Source: a bacterium (GTDB taxonomy: Bacteria; Electryoneota; Electryoneia; Electryoneales; Electryoneaceae). From it: a DNA stretch of 18,683 nt. A program made the position numbers and the translations under genes. Below, in pieces: positions 16,371-18,683 of the stretch. Numbering within the stretch: the stretch's first letter is position 1; every line of letters starts with the position of its first letter. The stretch covers positions 1 through 18,683 of the forward strand of contig JAZDLX010000133.1 in the NCBI GenBank assembly GCA_043801585.1, written 5' to 3'. The notes under the pieces were generated by a model. The model was given only the letters and a program-made list of their open reading frames with translations, made no database searches and was not told where the DNA came from.

Positions 16371-16463
16371 TCTGCCTCGAACGTCACGTTCCGTCCCGGA
16401 GGAGCTCTCTTTTCGTTGGCAGCTTCTGCTCCGGTCGAACCATCAAGGTGCCGGCGATTCTGC

Positions 16464-16493
16464 TTGTGCGTTTTACACCATCAGAGGTATCAT
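16464..16493 (+). promoter_or_regulatory. Candidate sigma70-like promoter of the Wzi-like gene
   Basis: TTGTGC (16464-16469), 18 nt, TATCAT (16488-16493). Confidence 0.4.
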
Positions 16494-16500
16494 TGTAACC

Positions 16501-18219
16501 ATGAATCCTTTATCACGTCTTCGCGCTTCGCACCCTCCTGCTCACAGACGAATCGTGATCAGCGTGTGGCGCCCATTTATACTTGCCGTTCTGCTTCTTG
16601 CGCCCGGGTTCTCCATTGCGAACCCTCTTACCATTGAACGGACAAATGCCGACGCGCTTGACCTCGAGTATTTCTGGGTAAGCGGCGACGTGACCTACGC
16701 ACCATTCACACGGTTTCCCGCCCCGCGCGAGGAAGTGCTTTCCTATTTGCCGGACGACAGCAGCCTCGCACATCTGTCACCGCAGGGACACTACCTCGCC
16801 AGCCTGTACAGATTGGCCTGGGATCCCGCCTGGAGTACACGACCGACACGAACCCGGCGGGCGTTCCAGGGCCTTTTTCAGGACGTGCTTGGCCTCGGAG
16901 GTTTCACACGCGACCTCTTCCGTTACAATCTCGATCTATTTCAGCAGCGGGATGGCAAACTCGTATTCGGCGGCAACATAGTCCAACGTTTTGAAACCAT
17001 TTATGACGAGAGTTTCAAAGACAAACCTTTCATCCTGTATCAATGGGGCGTCGAGACGTGGATCACCTATGGCAACCGGATTGGAGCCCAGGTTCGATTC
17101 ACGGACACAACGGAGCGCGGCACCGGAATTCACGAAACGATTTACTCGCCTTACGCCGGGTACATAGCGGGAGGCCACGGCACCAGCATCTCCTACGACG
17201 AAACAGTCGCATCTCTCGGTTATCGCGGAGAGGTTTTCGGTGTGAGGATCGGTCGGTGCCGTCATTCGTGGGGACCAGCTCTGTTGCATCGCCTTGTGCT
17301 CAGCGACCAGTACGCCCCCTATCCTTACGTGGAGGCTGAGTTCGACTGGCACAAACGTCTCCTGCTGACCTGGTTTCACGGCAGACTCGATCCAAATCCA
17401 CTACCCCCCGACACGCTTTATCTCACCCCAGAGGGCAATATTCGGCGGGCATCGAAAGAGAAATACATCGCCGCACACAGGCTGGAAGTGATCGCGGCGT
17501 CTTGGATGACCATCGGGATGACCGAGGCGGTCATCTACGGCGAACGGAGTCCGGAACTCGGCTACCTACTCCCGTTGAACCTCTACTGGTCCGAAGGCCA
17601 CAACCAGGACCATGACGACAATTTGATGTGGTCCGCGGATTTGCGGCTGCGGCCGGTTGCGGGAGTCCTTCTTTTCGGAGAACTGCTGATTGACGAAATG
17701 CACTTTTCAGCGTTCGGAACGGATGAATTCGGGAATCGCACCGCGTACACTGTCGGTGGAAGGTGGCTTCCCTCCTCTCTGGATGGTAAGCTGGATCTGC
17801 GTACAGAATACACAAAACTTCGGCCATTCATTTACACACACTGGTTCCCGATCAACGTGCCGACTCAATACGGTGAAAACCTCGGTAGCCCACTTCAACC
17901 AAACAGCGACGAATGGCGTTTCCGCCTGCGTTACCATCCCGCTCCGGAATTCACTCTCGGGGTATATGCCTGGAGTCAACGACACAGTGTGACACCGGAA
18001 GGGGCCGATCCTGTCGGTGGTTCAGTATGGGAAACACGCAAAGGGAATGAGGGGACGTATCCGTTTCTTGCGGGTGTCAGGGAAGACCGCAACGAGTCCG
18101 GTGTGGAGTTTCGTTGGCAGGCACTCGAAGAATTGTTGCTGTTTGCGGAGTACGGCCGCGGGACGAACGTGGGCGAATCCTACAATCGGTTCATCACCGG
18201 TTTCCATTTCCACTACTGA
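16501..18219 (+). CDS. Capsule assembly Wzi-family-like outer-membrane beta-barrel protein
   Basis: Hydrophobic signal region; 'IGR...SWGP...LVLSD...PYP', 'KYIAAHRLE', 'EAVIYG', 'DDNLMWSAD' and 'GELLIDE'; C-terminal aromatic beta-signal 'GFHFHY'. Confidence 0.75.
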   Translation: MNPLSRLRASHPPAHRRIVISVWRPFILAVLLLAPGFSIANPLTIERTNADALDLEYFWVSGDVTYAPFTRFPAPREEVLSYLPDDSSLAHLSPQGHYLASLYRLAWDPAWSTRPTRTRRAFQGLFQDVLGLGGFTRDLFRYNLDLFQQRDGKLVFGGNIVQRFETIYDESFKDKPFILYQWGVETWITYGNRIGAQVRFTDTTERGTGIHETIYSPYAGYIAGGHGTSISYDETVASLGYRGEVFGVRIGRCRHSWGPALLHRLVLSDQYAPYPYVEAEFDWHKRLLLTWFHGRLDPNPLPPDTLYLTPEGNIRRASKEKYIAAHRLEVIAASWMTIGMTEAVIYGERSPELGYLLPLNLYWSEGHNQDHDDNLMWSADLRLRPVAGVLLFGELLIDEMHFSAFGTDEFGNRTAYTVGGRWLPSSLDGKLDLRTEYTKLRPFIYTHWFPINVPTQYGENLGSPLQPNSDEWRFRLRYHPAPEFTLGVYAWSQRHSVTPEGADPVGGSVWETRKGNEGTYPFLAGVREDRNESGVEFRWQALEELLLFAEYGRGTNVGESYNRFITGFHFHY

Positions 18220-18295
18220 CTTTTCCATGCACCCGCGGACACTTTTTCCGCCGCAGGTGGCTAATTGTTCCAGCATGCGGTGATGCCGGGCAACC

Positions 18296-18329
18296 AATTG
18301 GACCCCCGCCTGCGCAGGGGTGACCAATT
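18296..18329. repeat. REP/RPE-like palindromic element (GTCAnnCC-GCGnAGGCGGGnnTCC type)
   Basis: Minus strand reads GTCACCCCTGCGCAGGCGGGGGTCCA (translating as 'VTPAQAGVQ'). The stem is extended by AATTGG/CCAATT. Confidence 0.7.
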
Positions 18330-18360
18330 AAACGACATGACAGCGGTACGAATAAAACGC

Positions 18361-18403
18361 GATTGCTTCGTCATCCGTCGGCTGACGGATTCCTCGCAAT
18401 GAC
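18361..18403. repeat. REP/RPE-like palindromic element (GTCATTGCGAG...GAAGCAATC type)
   Basis: Minus strand reads GTCATTGCGAGGAATCCGTCAGCCGACGGATGACGAAGCAATC, with an inner hairpin ATCCGTC-GGCT-GACGGAT at 18373-18390. Confidence 0.75.
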
Positions 18404-18413
18404 AAATGCGTAA

Positions 18414-18435
18414 CCCGGGACCACCGTGTCCCGGG
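18414..18435 (-). terminator. GC-rich hairpin just after the glmS stop; possible terminator
   Basis: Perfect 8-bp stem CCCGGGAC-caccgt-GTCCCGGG; the U-tract is weak. Confidence 0.4.
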
Positions 18436-18439
18436 AGAC

Positions 18440-18683
18440 CTATTCCACGGTGACACTTTTTGCGAGGTTGCGAGGCTTGTCGACGTCGAGGCCGAGCAGG
18501 TCGGCGATGTGATAGGCCATCAGTTGCAGCGGGATCACGGTTAGCAGCGGCTGCAGCATCGGGTGCGAGTCCGGCACCTTCAGCACATGGTTGGACAGGC
18601 GGCTGACCGCGTGGTCGTCCTCGCTGACGATGCTGATCACCACCCCGCCACGAGCACGAACCTCCTCGATGTTGCTGATCACC
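18440..18683 (-). CDS. glmS: Glutamine--fructose-6-phosphate aminotransferase, C-terminal end (partial)
   Basis: 'SNIEEVRARGG', 'IPLQLMAYHIA' and the conserved terminus 'DVDKPRNLAKSVTVE'. Confidence 0.97.
   Translation of the reverse strand, partial: VISNIEEVRARGGVVISIVSEDDHAVSRLSNHVLKVPDSHPMLQPLLTVIPLQLMAYHIADLLGLDVDKPRNLAKSVTVE

Noticed and set aside
18022..18327. 101-aa minus-strand ORF starting MVTPAQAGVQ
   Set aside because: Its start is a translation of the REP-like palindrome and the rest is largely antisense to the Wzi-like gene.
18380..18440. Tn7 insertion at the attTn7 site downstream of glmS
   Set aside because: No recognisable Tn7 end with repeated TnsB sites and no tns genes; only hairpins and REP-like elements are present.
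1..18683. CRISPR arrays, tRNA/rRNA genes, transposases, integrases, defence systems
   Set aside because: No regularly spaced repeats, RNA gene signatures or relevant protein motifs were seen by eye.

Overview
Bacterial window, probably from an FCB-superphylum lineage; this is inferred from a secreted enzyme carrying an 'NAPNPFNP...LSSGIY...MLLVK' C-terminal sorting domain. Positions 1-12357 (minus strand) are the 5' part of a Wzx/Wzy-type surface-polysaccharide operon. In transcription order it encodes a Wzz/Wzc-N-like co-polymerase (probable CTG start) and then a tightly coupled, GC-richer 8-gene enzyme module: Gfo/Idh/MocA oxidoreductase, GmhA-like SIS protein, D-2-hydroxyacid dehydrogenase, SDR, AroB/DHQS-like sugar-phosphate cyclase, HpcH/HpaI pyruvate aldolase, NeuA-like cytidylyltransferase and cyclase-family metallohydrolase. 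An AT-richer block follows: DUF115/Maf-CstII-like transferase, GT4-like glycosyltransferase, FkbM methyltransferase, Wzx flippase and a membrane protein truncated by the window edge. To the right are a secreted alkaline-phosphatase-superfamily enzyme, a GH97 lipoprotein, a Wzi-like outer-membrane protein, two REP-like palindromes and the 3' end of glmS. The best candidate for an undescribed system is the 8-gene module plus the DUF115 transferase. It looks like a NeuB/KdsA-independent route to a CMP-activated, probably nitrogen-free, possibly carbocyclic 2-keto-3-deoxy acid for a surface glycan. All calls come from reading motifs by eye; no database searches were run.
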